From positions 36,704,001 through 36,768,000 of the forward strand of contig OZ024746.1 of the NCBI GenBank assembly GCA_964016885.1: a stretch of DNA of 64,000 nt, given 5' to 3'. Position 1 is the stretch's first letter. Each line of letters starts with the position of its first letter. A program made the translations under genes and the position numbers. The notes below the pieces were generated by a model. That model saw nothing but the letters and a program-made list of their open reading frames with translations. It made no database searches and was not told the DNA's origin. Positions 52,266-64,000 of the stretch are shown here, one piece after another. The DNA is from Eledone cirrhosa. Lineage: Eukaryota.

Positions 52266-55206
52266 TCAGCAGCAGGGACCTGGCTGTCATCCAAATACTG
52301 CTGGTGTTGGAGGAAGAAGAAGGAAAGGGACAAGAACCAACTGGACGAAAGAATTGAATAGAACTGTCTTGGAATGTTACCTGAAGAGTATCCCCGAGGA
52401 AAAAGGCTATAAGAAACGGATGCATAACATATGGAACTATTGGATACATAATAACTATTGGATACATAAGTGAGTTGGAACTGGAGGAACTGAGCAGAGA
52501 GATGAGGTTAGAAATGGAGAGTAGTGTATGTCAGACAAACGAGCCAGTGGGAAATGAAGGTGAAGAGGTTGAGTGAACGGAGGAAACATCCAAATCAGAC
52601 AATGGTCTGAATGCTGAAATAAATGATCCCTGGAACAAAGATACGGCCATTGAGGAAATGAATGCTGACGGGCTAGGACTAGATTTGGTTGATATCCTAA
52701 ACTTAGTGGTAGATGAAATGAACAATGATAGTGGGAAACTTATGAACCTAAGATTTGTAGACAGGAAAAAGTTAAAAGAAACAAGAGCTAAGGTAAACAA
52801 AGACATCCCATACCTTGAGGCGAGAAACTTTCACCAATGCAGCAAAGCAACCTCAAATGCGGTGAGGAAATTACTTGGCATAAAAACGAGAAGAAACAAC
52901 GAACAAGAAAGATAAAAACCTTGGTGGAAGAAACGACTGAATGGTTAAATCAAGGAAATAAGAAAATACATTGGAAAGCTTGAGTCCCTACTGAATGGGA
53001 CATTACAAAACATAGACACTAAAGATAGACTGGAAATAAAATACAAATCTAGGGGAAAAAAAGCTAAATATTCTCATAAAGGAACTGTAGCAACGCATTG
53101 TAGCAAACAGTTGAAAGATTAGACGGTATGAGAACAGAGTAAGTCAGTATAGACAGAACCGCATGTTTGACAACAAATAGAAGATGTTGTTTGGGCACCT
53201 TGAAGGGAAAGAAAGAGGTAACGACTTGATCCCTGAGTCTGAACAAACTAAGACATTCTGGGGAGGAATATGGGAGGAGAATGTTAAACATAATGAGCAG
53301 GCAGTGTGGATTGAGTCAGTTCAAAGGGAGATACGTAAACAGGCACACCAACACCCTGATTTGAGTATCACAGTTGAATCTCTTAAAGGGCAGGCCAAAA
53401 ATCTAACCAAGTGGAAATCACCAGGCCCAGATGGTGTGCAAGTGTATTGAATTAAAAACATAACATCCCTCCACCCGAAACTGACAACCATGTTCAATGA
53501 CTGCTTTGTGTCGGGTGAGGTAACAGAGTGGTTGACAAAAGGTACCACAGTTCTGGTAATGAAATACCCAATCAAGGGTAATGATGTTACCAACTATAGG
53601 TCTATCATATGTCTGTCTGTAATGTGGAAACTGTTAGCAAGCATTGTGCCTGAGGAAATCTACCATCACCTCCACATAAACAACTTTTGCTATCGGACGA
53701 ACAGAAAGGATGCCGGAAGAATTCCCATGGTACAAAATACCATTTAGTTATTGATAAGATGGTCCGTATGTTCACCAATGATATATGTATGGATGTATTA
53801 ATAAGTGTAGAGAGCTAGTGAAGAAGAGGGGTAAATTGAGCAGAAGCAACGGAATCCAGGTACCAACAAGTTAGATGATAATGGAAATTGACACTGAGGA
53901 AGGATACAAATATGTAGGTGTTGTGGAGGCAGATGACATCAACAACAAAGAGATGAAGGAATTGATAAGATCTGAGTACACAAGGAGAGTAAGGAGCATA
54001 TTCAAATCACATCTAAATATTAGGAATGTCATAAGTGCAGTGAATTCCCCAGCTGTTTCTATTATTAGTTACAGTGCGGGAATTTTGAAATGGAATGTTG
54101 CTGAACAAAATTAAATGGATAGCAAGTGTAGGAAGCTATTGACTATTTACATGTTCCACAAGAGGGGTGATGTCGATTGATTCTACTTAAAGAGATCTGA
54201 AGTTTGAAGAGGTCTTATCAGCATAGAGGACTGGGTTCGGATGGAGAAAAGCAGCCTGCACAAATATGTCACTGACAGTAGGAAGCTAATGGTCAGAATT
54301 GTACTGAAGGAGGGGACAATAGACCGGGGGATGTCCAAGAGGGAAATAACAACAAGGAGGAAGAGCAACCTTCATGAAAAATCCCTTCATAGTACCTTCT
54401 TTAAGAAAACTTTATTTAGATATACACAGACATATAACTGGTTAATAAGAGGAGACCTTAAAAAAAGCTACAGAAGGAATGCTAATGGCTGCGCAAGCGG
54501 AAGCCCTCAGAACGAAGTGGGTGAAACACCATATTGACAAGGAGGTGGCTAGCTCACTGTGTAGGATCTGTGGAGAGGGAGAAGAGACGGTGGCTCACAT
54601 TGTATCCGAGTGTAAACACCTAGTCCAGACTCACTATAAAGGCTGGAAACATGATGTGATAGTCAGGGTGATCCACTGGCATCTATGCAAAGTAAACAAT
54701 TTACAACATTCTGAGAAGTGGTATGAGCATAAGCCAGAGTCGATGATAGAAAACGATCAGATGAAGGTGCTATGGGATTTTAGGATACAGACGGACAAGA
54801 AATCAGAACACAATAGGCTTGACCTGTTGGGTTTGGACAAGGAAAAAATATCGTGCCTGATTGTAAATGTAGTCTGCCCATTTGACACGACAGTGCAAGA
54901 AAAGGAGAGGGAGAAAATTTACCGGTACCAGGATTTAAAGTGGGAATTAAAAAGGATTTGGAACTGCCATGAAATCTAGGTCGTCCCGATTGTCATAGGC
55001 CCACTAGGTCCTATCCCATAGAGTTTCCAAGGATGGTTAAAGATGATTAGCCCAGCGCCGCTTTTTAGAATACTTTAAAAGGCATGCTTGCTGGGAACAG
55101 CAAGAAACCTCCGATACGTCCTGAATATCTGAGGCTGCAGGTAGCGGCTTGATATTCATTTCAACAAACTTTCCAGTTAACTAACATAAATGACTGAGAC
55201 TCAAGA
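52266..55206 (+). mobile_element. Dong family A copy 7 (old, heavily decayed, RT core deleted)
   Basis: Many stops and frameshifts; jumps from IDKM to the post-FMDD region at ~53762; short TAA tail at 55210-55222. Confidence 0.9.
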
Positions 55207-56255
55207 ACAATAATAATAATAATTGTAACAACATCTATATTAATAGACATTTTTGGACACATCCCCATTCATTATCTCTAATTTAATATGTTGATACGGC
55301 TAATGTATTTATTATACAAACTTCACTGCTATAAAGAAATCGTAAACACATACATGTTATTTTTCTTGTTCACACAAAAGATACAGCCTTTGGCAACTTC
55401 AGAAGTTATTATCTCTTGATCAGCATGTAATTATCAATATTAGACTACTTCATAATGGTATGCCTATTTATGTCAAACCCTACAATATACGGTTCTAAAA
55501 TGGCTCGTCTAATTTTCACTGCTTGCCTTTACCTCGTGAATTTGTAAATTATACACTAAATATATACAGTAGATACTGATTTAGACATATCTAGAATAGG
55601 TTTAATGTACATATGACTATAAATCCACTTATCAAAAGAAGAAAAAAATCCTAATGATAAAGAGAACTAAAGACAAGTGCAGAGAAACGGAACAGTATAA
55701 GAAAAGCATTGAATCCGACACTCAGGCGACTTGGCGAGCACCCAAGAAAATCAAAATGAATAAGTATATTGATAATTATTTTGTCGAGAATGATAATGAA
55801 GTTGAAATCGATGACGAAATTACTTTTGCATATTTTGGTAATTTACACGAAGAAAAATAGAATCAAATGAATACACTCCACAAGGTCCTCAGTAATTCAT
55901 TTATCGTTCCAGGAAAACGAAGGTTAGAAATAACTAATTTCAAGAAAACAATTTAAGAAAGCAATCATGATTGTTGCACACAATCATAACAAACTCCACT
56001 GTAGAATTCTGATTCGTGTGTCGAATCAATATTCGCTTAAACGGCACATTTACGAAATAAATTCTATTTGGTTTTAAACAGTTAAATTATAAATGAAAAG
56101 ACTGAAGCAAACACTTACATGCAAACATCGAAAATGAAAGCAGGAGAAAAGAAATCCTGGCAGATAATTATATAGTCAATATTCTCATCAAATTATACTC
56201 CAACTGATCACTGTGAAAATCGGAATTTTTAAGCCATATTTCTGAAAAATTATAG

Positions 56256-56410
56256 ACACGCAACTGTGGCAGTAGTTAGGAATGTCTTTCCAAATGCATG
56301 TTTTTGCAGTTCAGTCTCAAGGCACTAAGCATATATCTTCATATATAGTCTTTGGTCAAACCAATATGGCTGGAAATTGATAGACTAAAATGGACAGGAT
56401 TCTTTAAACC
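56256..56410 (+). mobile_element. Highly degenerate tRNA-derived SINE (third type)
   Basis: GTGGCAGTAGTTAGGAATG...AGTTCAGTCTC...TATCTTC..TATAGTC..GGTCAAACCAA...TTGATAGAC pattern recalled as an abundant octopus SINE. Confidence 0.4.
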
Positions 56411-57558
56411 TGCTATCTTTGTAAACATTTCACTGCTTAATTCCTATGCTTTTGCTTTGTTATAATACAAAATAACTTCTCTGTGAGCGGTTTCGTAGAT
56501 TGCAGACACGTACGATATCCAATAGGCCATAGTGCCACCAGAGAAGCACTATGAAGCCACTATTAAGTGATTTGTCCTAGACATATCTCAAACACCTATC
56601 CTAGTTCTAAATTGCACACGTGTATTGTTAACGAGAGTGCTTATATGAGTACACAATCCATGAAAACGCTAATAACAGCCCTACCAAAATCTATCCCATA
56701 TATCAATTCAGCTCTACATATTAGATATACATAGCAGAATTATCAGAAACACACCTATAAAATATAACTTCAAATAGGTAACCGTACCAATTTATTGATA
56801 ATTATAGTGTTGTCGATCATTTATTGAATTGATATACCGATTTAAAGAAACCATTTTTCAAGGAACATATTATTATATATAATATTTTTTTTTTAAAGTT
56901 AACAGTGATGATTTGCTTTGTCTCAAAATTTGCCACCAGACTGCAGCGTTACCCATGGATTCTAATCTAACGAGATGCAATATATATTTCCAATATATTT
57001 TGATACGCCGTAATTAAAATTTTGAACGGAATTGAATTCCTATAACAGGTCAAATTTGATCTATTTCCAGAATTGGCATTAGCAAATATTGCAAACGTAT
57101 TCTTCAAATTATCCACGACACAAAGAAATCAAACTGAATACGTGTTTATTACAACATTGCAACGTAAATTTAGGATAGGTTATATATATTTCTCATCAGA
57201 AAAATACAACAATCCAATATCCAAATGCATATAGAGAATTTCGCTGAGAATATCCTTTAAAACATCCAAACAATAAAGAGTTCAATTTAAAAAATATGTT
57301 CATACACTGATATTTTGTGGTATCAAAACAAAAAAGTGTTCATAACATACGCATACATGTGAAAGATAATACTACAAAAAGCAAGTAGGATTAAATCTCC
57401 TTTAGTAATGATATCTGCTCTACGCAGCACTTATATACTGTATATGTTAATGTAGAAAAGTTCTTTGTTTTTTAGTTAAATATTCGTCTTTAAGCTATAT
57501 CGTAATTCTATGTTAAATATCATTCGACGTTTTAAAATCTATGTTAATATATAATAAT

Positions 57559-57746
57559 TGTTTCTACTTTTGGCACAAGGCCAACAATTAACCCGGTGTA
57601 TTACTGGTACTTTATTTTATCGACCCCGTAAGGATGAATGGCAAAGTTAACCTCGGCGGGATTTGAACTCAGAATGGAAAGGGCTGTAATTCTATGCTGC
57701 AAAGCATGGCGTCAGACCCTCTAACGATTCTGCAAAGTCACCGCCT
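57559..57746 (-). mobile_element. Full-length SINE type B inserted at the tail of another copy
   Basis: TSD TTAATATATAATAAT at 57544-57558 and 57750-57764. Confidence 0.9.
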
Positions 57747-57764
57747 ATTTTAATATATAATAAT

Positions 57765-57850
57765 TGTTTCTAATTTTGACACAAGGCCAGCAATTACCCA
57801 GTGTATTACTGGTACTTTATTTTATCGACCCCATAAGGATGAAAGGCAAA
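57765..57850 (-). mobile_element. SINE type B, 5'-truncated
   Basis: Core and tail only. Confidence 0.85.
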
Positions 57851-58496
57851 TCATTTAAAAACAATTTTGTTCAATAAAGCGTCGATTGAAAAACAATTTT
57901 CCTTGAAATAGTGTTCCATGTTAAGGAGTGCTACATATGTTTGAAGCCAACTAGATGTCAAGGAGAAAAGGAGGTTGCTGTTTGCACCTTGCCTTAAGGC
58001 TTCAAAGTAGGGTTTACACAAATATGGGAGAATAGGGCAAGGTCTATACAACTTCACTGACTTGAGATGGAATTCTATCTCATTGACATAGTCTAAAGAA
58101 TGAAACCAAAAATTAAACAAGGAAATATCGGAAGACATATCACAAAGTGTAGGGAAATACCACAAGCCATGTTCTTACGACGTTTCCGCTCAACGACATG
58201 ATCGATTACACGCATGGAATATGTGATGTTAAACGCTGAAAGAGATACAAACAAATACTACAACAGAGTTTGTTATTTGTTACCTGTCAGCTATTCATTT
58301 ACACAATCATTCCTCTTTTAGGTGTATGTTTAACTAAATTATCCGATTGTTGACATACTCATTTATGTATATATGCATTTTGTGAGTTGAAAGTGCAGAG
58401 TTTTTGTTTTATTTTGGGCTGCTAGTAAGTGTACAACTTTGTCCTTGTTATCTCAACCAGGAATAATAATACTTTTTTAGTTGCGTAGTTAATAAT

Positions 58497-58680
58497 TGTT
58501 TCTACTTTAGGCACAAGTCCAGCAATTACCCAGTGCATTACCGGTACTTTATTTTATCGACCCCGTAAGGATGAAAGGCAAAGTCAACCTCGGCGGGATT
58601 TGAACTCAGATCGTAAAGGGACGTAAATATGCTGGAAAGCATAGTGTCCGACCTTCTACTGATACTGCCCGCCCACCGCC
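58497..58680 (-). mobile_element. Full-length SINE type B with 18-bp TSD
   Basis: TSD AGTTGCGTAGTTAATAAT at 58479-58496 and 58681-58698. Confidence 0.93.
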
Positions 58681-61601
58681 AGTTGCGTAGTTAATAATAT
58701 CCTAAAACTATAATCAAAGACGTTTAACTTATTAGAACTCTACTTCTTGATACATAAGGGTATACTTTCCAATGTATAATTGTATATTTAAGAGCACATG
58801 TGAATGTTTGGGGGAAATAGATTATTTGCGTATATGTTATTAAGCTGGGTCGGGTATAACTTTAATGGTGAAATGATAAAGTTAATTTTTGTTAGAGACA
58901 TTATATAAATGATGCCGAAATTTATACTGGAATATGCACCTAAATTAACTAAACTTTGAAATAATTCTGATCAGTCTAACACTGAATTGTAGCTAGCAGG
59001 AAGTACTGCTATAATCAGTATACTCAGTAAAATAAGTGGCAACTGGATTTCCTGAAGACAGCTGATAGATTTTATTCGAACATTTTATCCTTCGCTTTCC
59101 GCCCTTCTACATAGATTTAATTCTTAAAATTAATGCATTTGAATATTGTGTAATATAATCGATCATCATAAATACGTAGCACAAAGCCGTATGGACTAAT
59201 TATTGCAGATGTGTTGTTGCCAAACCTACTTGTTCATTGAAGCATCAGTAATGATTCGCTTTTCGTGTACTGATCCAATAGACACTTTATTGTGGTTGCG
59301 TTCTATTGTCCCCTACCATCCTAGAGTAGAGCATAATAAATTATGGAATGATTATAATGGAAATAATATGATATTACACACTGGGTCATTGACATACCAT
59401 TAATAACTTTCACTTCACATGCTGAATAGAAAGGAAGAATACGAATTTGTTACAGTATATATGCCCTCACCCGCTTCTGTTTGACATATTCCGGGCTATC
59501 AACTGAAGACCACAAGTTATGGGAACAATCATCGGTTATATATACACGGCATTGGCTGATTGTTATGTCATGTATGAACTTCACTTCAAGTCGAATATAT
59601 TGAAAACATTCAAACAAACATTGAGTTCCATCCCGGCATGTGTGTTACTGCAGATTGTATTACTGAATATGTGTAACGGAGATTAGAGTAACTTGGCTAT
59701 TGAAGCTCTTTTTCTAATGAAAATATAAAACATGAAGCCGGTGTAGAATCCCTTGTGATTTCCATGTTGCCTCATTCGAAAATGATTAGTTGCATTTACT
59801 AGAGGTATTTGTTTTGCATCGATGAAGAGGCTGTATTAATTGCCTTTGGTGAAAATTTGAGGCGAGTGAGATTAATGTCATCAACTTCTGTATACAAGGG
59901 AGGTAAAGGGAAATATATTCAGAGTATGATGTTCGTGTAGAAGCATGTCTAGATGTAATATGGAGTATGATACTGGAATACTTTGGCTTCAATATTAGGG
60001 ACATTTTACTAGAATGTGCTTTTTGAAGTCTAGCCCTCATGTAGATGAGTTATAATGCAATGTGTGTTTGTGGAACTTGAAAACGATCAGTGGAATAAAT
60101 TTATTTTACATTTCTAGAACGTCCTTATGTGGGGTCACACGATTGCTCCCGAGGTGTCAACAGTACATGCCACCTCTCCCCCTACAACGGAGAGATCTCC
60201 CACCCTCTCTGGGGTTGGTGAGAGATGTTTACTCTTGTGAAAATGTGTATAGCTTTCATTAAGTAAAATCTCACAAATTTGCCTCATTTCTCCCTGTTTT
60301 GGGGAAACCTTTATCATTGTACACCGCGTTTGGGATTTTAGCGGTTGACAGGTCTGCAGTAAACCATAAAGTTTTAGCATGCAAACAACTTACGGAACAA
60401 TGCTATACTCATATGATGTACTTGGTGTTGCAGTATAACGTCATATAAAATGTCGAACTTTTAAGGTTAACAACATAAAACTAAACAACCATTTCGTTAT
60501 TGTAAATTGATGCAAAACAAACATATAACAGTCCTTAATAAAGTATATAGTAGGAGCATAAGTATATCCACAGAATAGATATTGCTTTTCCATTAAGCAA
60601 TAGCAACAACTTTTTCGTATAACTATGAAATACCACACATCAAATATCAAATTATGTTGAATTTGTTATTCCTAATTTAAATCTGCATTCATTTTTACTG
60701 ATGTTACGTCTATTAAATCTTTCTGAAATCTACTATAACATCAATTAGTCTTTGAGAAACAGTACAGCCGCATAATTTCTTCTCATTAGTATTTTTTTCC
60801 TTTTACACTTTTGATAAATAGGAATATCATGACTATCTTTATGATGTAACATGCTAAATATTTTATAAAATCGTGATAGAGAAATGCAGATTTTAAAAAA
60901 TATATTACGAGTATTTAAGAAAACAGCGAATACAAAACAACGCAGAAGTTATTATAATCAAAATCGTTATGGAAGAGAGAGCTATAAATACATAGTTTTA
61001 GATTATAACTGTTTATAAAACTTTAAAAAAACTTTAAGTCATTGCCAATTTCTAAAAAAAAAAAAAAATTAGCTGCAATCATACAAGAGAAATCTCATTT
61101 TCAATGTTTATAATGCACATTTGTGTTTTTTAGAATATGAAACAAGTCCTTTTAATAAGGTTGCCTGGATGAAGATGATATGTTATACAACATAATCGCA
61201 GGATTTGCTATTGCATGATAGACCTTACATGCATCTTCAATCTCGTATATTAGTTGAAATAAATATTTAGCTTAAACAATCTCCTTATGTTTCATTCTCC
61301 ACATAAATTTCATTTGATTTGAAGTTATGGTGAGAGTATTGCCGAACAAATTGAGAATAGTGCAACGGACTCAATATAATAGATAGATACATATTCCAAG
61401 AATAGTTTAAATCTTAGAGCCGAATATGTGGTACATAGAGATGACCGCGTATACATATGGTTCTGATTAGTGCTATATTGAAATGTTAAAATTTATATAC
61501 ATGTGGCTTTGTTATTGTTTAGCACATGCCACTTTTGACTAAGAAGAATTATTGCCCTTGTCAAGTTGGGTGAACATATTCTTAGCAGTTCCATTATAAT
61601 G

Positions 61602-61815
61602 GTTTCTTATATTGGCAGAAGGCCTGTAATGTTTGGGAAGGGGAAAGTCGATTAAATTAACCCCAGTGCGTGACACGTACTTTATTTTATCAAAAAAGTA
61701 AGGATGAAAGGCAAAGTTAACCTCGTCGGGATTTGAAGTCAGATCATAAAGGTCGGTAACTCTTTTCTGCATAGCATGGCATCCGACCCTCTACAGATAC
61801 TGCCAATCCACCACC
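61602..61815 (-). mobile_element. Full-length SINE type B (long subtype) with 21-bp TSD
   Basis: TSD CTTAGCAGTTCCATTATAATG at 61581-61601 and 61816-61836. Confidence 0.93.
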
Positions 61816-62065
61816 CTTAGCAGTTCCATTATAATGAAATTATGTCTGAGTACAAAACCCGTTAAATTTGTCACGCTTTTCAGATCCACAAGTTAAAATC
61901 AAGATGTAGCGTGGGATTCTTAAGGTGTTGAATAAGATACATTGCGGTATTGGAATGAATATATTGTTGATATGGAATTAATTTAATTGTTGATATAACC
62001 ATATATTAATCAAGCATACAGAAAGTTAAAGCAGCATTGGAAATAATTATTAGTGAAATAATTAG

Positions 62066-62242
62066 TTTCTACTTTTGGCACAAAGCCAGCAATTACCCCA
62101 GTGCATTACTGGTACTATAATTTATCGACCCCGTAAGGATGAAAGGCCGAGTTAACCTAGGCGCGATTTGAACCTTAAAAGAGCTTAACCCTATTCTACA
62201 AATCATGGCGTCCGAGCTTCTACCGATATTGCCATTTCACCC
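62066..62242 (-). mobile_element. SINE type B
   Basis: Head, core and tail homologous to the other copies; no clear TSD. Confidence 0.85.
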
Positions 62243-63531
62243 ATAAAAGAGAGGAAAATATGGGAAAAAGCAAGAAGTATTAGGCAAAGGAAAACAAGAA
62301 AAGGTCAGGAAGATATTGAGAGACTCTACCCATAGTGTAGTGTGGTGTTTTGACAACGAACAAAATAACAGAGGACTTTTGGCAGAAAGTGGCCAACGAC
62401 ACGCCCTGCAGCAGTCAACCCATATCAAGTGGCTTCTTCCTCGCACGGCCTACACTCGTTCCAATTTTACGGAGAAACTCAGCTGTACGGAGTCTCAGAA
62501 CGCTCAAGATATTGACAGTGACTTGTACTTACAATCTGATTTCGAATCACCCCAGGATCAGTTTAGTTTTTCGTTCTCATAGGATCAAAGAAATTATGAT
62601 CCATCTGCAGTATTGATGTACAGAATTATTTTTGGATGCATGATTATGAATATATAAATATAACATATTGGAATTTCGGATATTTTTGTTCTTAACAATA
62701 CTTTGCGCATTATGTAAGATAGGGTCTTCTATATAGATATTTGTAACAACATATATTTGCAAACGCCAAATCATCAATCTTCCTCTATGTATTATTATTA
62801 TTCTGTGAAGAACATATTCGTTTTTCTTCCCCCAATAATTTCAATGGATTACCTTATTAATACGATATTATACAATTTCTTCTTGCTATTGTTTCTTTAT
62901 ATTCTTTTCTTTTTTATTTTTTTTTATCGTTATTTTTCAGAATCATGTGACTATCGTTGCTATAAATAATACAATACATTCTCCTAGCAGCATCCTCCTA
63001 TCTTTACATGTTATGGAATAATTGGTGTACGTTATTGTTTTTTTCGTGACTTTTTCTCCATGAGAAGTGCTTTGGGCTGTGTTAGACACTGTGACATCGA
63101 GTGAACCAGCAGTAGCGTCGGTAGGAGTTGCAACTGCCAATGTCCATCTCCACGGGAGAAAATCTTGGAGTTTTGTGTCTTTCGGGTGAATTTTCTTTCT
63201 TTTTTTATCTTAAAAGATTTTATGTTTCCTTTAAGAATGCTTTTCTTTCTTTCTGCCTTGTTTTCGATGGATGTATTCTCTTTAATAATATTCCTGATTT
63301 TGTCATATATATGTATATATAGGCAGAGGAAGAAAGAAGGTTGTGTAAGAGAGAGAGAGAAGGGGGGAGGGAGAAATTAAGAATAAACGACATCGGGGAA
63401 GCAGCATATCTACAATTTTATGGATATATCACAAATGTTTCGATATCAAGTGATGACCACGATCAAAAATTGAAGCCAATACATTAATAGAATACAGACC
63501 TGATTTTTATAATAAAAATGACTTCTACATG

Positions 63532-63608
<77 letters not shown>

Positions 63609-63613
63609 TATAT

Positions 63614-63722
63614 AAAATGTTAGTTCTACATGGCTGAATACAATAATTGCAATCGAATCGAATTAATATTCGGAAAACCCAGATTACATGTATTGTATTC
63701 AGCCATGTAGAGCGAACATTTT
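63614..63722. repeat. Short MITE-like inverted repeat (32-bp arms)
   Basis: AAAATGTTAGTTCTACATGGCTGAATACAATA (63614-63645) vs TATTGTATTCAGCCATGTAGAGCGAACATTTT (63691-63722). Confidence 0.75.
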
Positions 63723-63780
63723 CTTGTTAATTGAATTTGGCAAAGCCGGCCATTTATCGCTCGTATACAATAAACTGACT

Positions 63781-63879
63781 GGCCAGTCTGCTGATATGCA
63801 AATCTGGCTGATCAGTGGATCTGCTAATATGCAGCTCTGACCGATCAGCCAGTCTGCCAATATGCAATTCAGGCCGATC
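63781..63879. repeat. 33-bp tandem repeat, 3 units
   Basis: GGCCAGTCTGCTGATATGCAAATCTGGCTGATC / AGTGGATCTGCTAATATGCAGCTCTGACCGATC / AGCCAGTCTGCCAATATGCAATTCAGGCCGATC. Confidence 0.85.
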
Positions 63880-64000
63880 AGTCACTGTGTATTTTTGAAA
63901 ATATCATATATATGCACTAGCTCTGACAGTTTGGCAGGTGAACGGTAACCTGTACTGATGGCGTGTGATACACAGAAAAATTAGTGTCTGCACTTCTGTT

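Noticed and set aside
27082-53593. Recurrent antisense ORFs across the Dong copies
   Set aside because: Shadows of the RT ORF, repeated only because the elements are repeated
57988-58092. Possible minus-strand exon (YVNEIEFHLKSVKLYRPCPILPYLCKPYFEALR)
   Set aside because: Good acceptor but weak donor, no recognised homology, and opposite strand to the 60118 candidate
62316-63140. Short ORFs 62316-62616 (+) and 62943-63140 (-)
   Set aside because: No recognisable domains or convincing splice signals

Overview
AT-rich, microsatellite-laden eukaryotic DNA. SINE families and repeat content suggest an octopus/cephalopod (inference). No host gene can be confidently called. The window has three compartments. 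(1) About 2.5-12.5 kb: short blocks separated by (TA)n tracts that are Penelope-like element (PLE) fragments, with two GIY-YIG endonuclease remnants, inverted repeats, and at least eight hammerhead-ribozyme-like motifs. One motif looks intact and has a compensatory U3-A8 core pair and a long stem-II insert. (2) About 20.9-55.2 kb: an array of non-LTR retrotransposons associated with (TAA)n tracts. It holds one full-length L1/Tx1-clade element and nine R4/Dong-type RT+CCHC+RLE copies of two families, separated by a repeated spacer unit. It also contains an ~8.3-kb inversion with traceable breakpoints and a Helitron whose empty site is visible in a paralogous copy. (3) Flanks with tRNA-derived SINEs, a small MITE-like inverted repeat and weak exon candidates. 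One SINE family has a 3' tail resembling that of the Tx1 element. All alignments and folds were done by eye.
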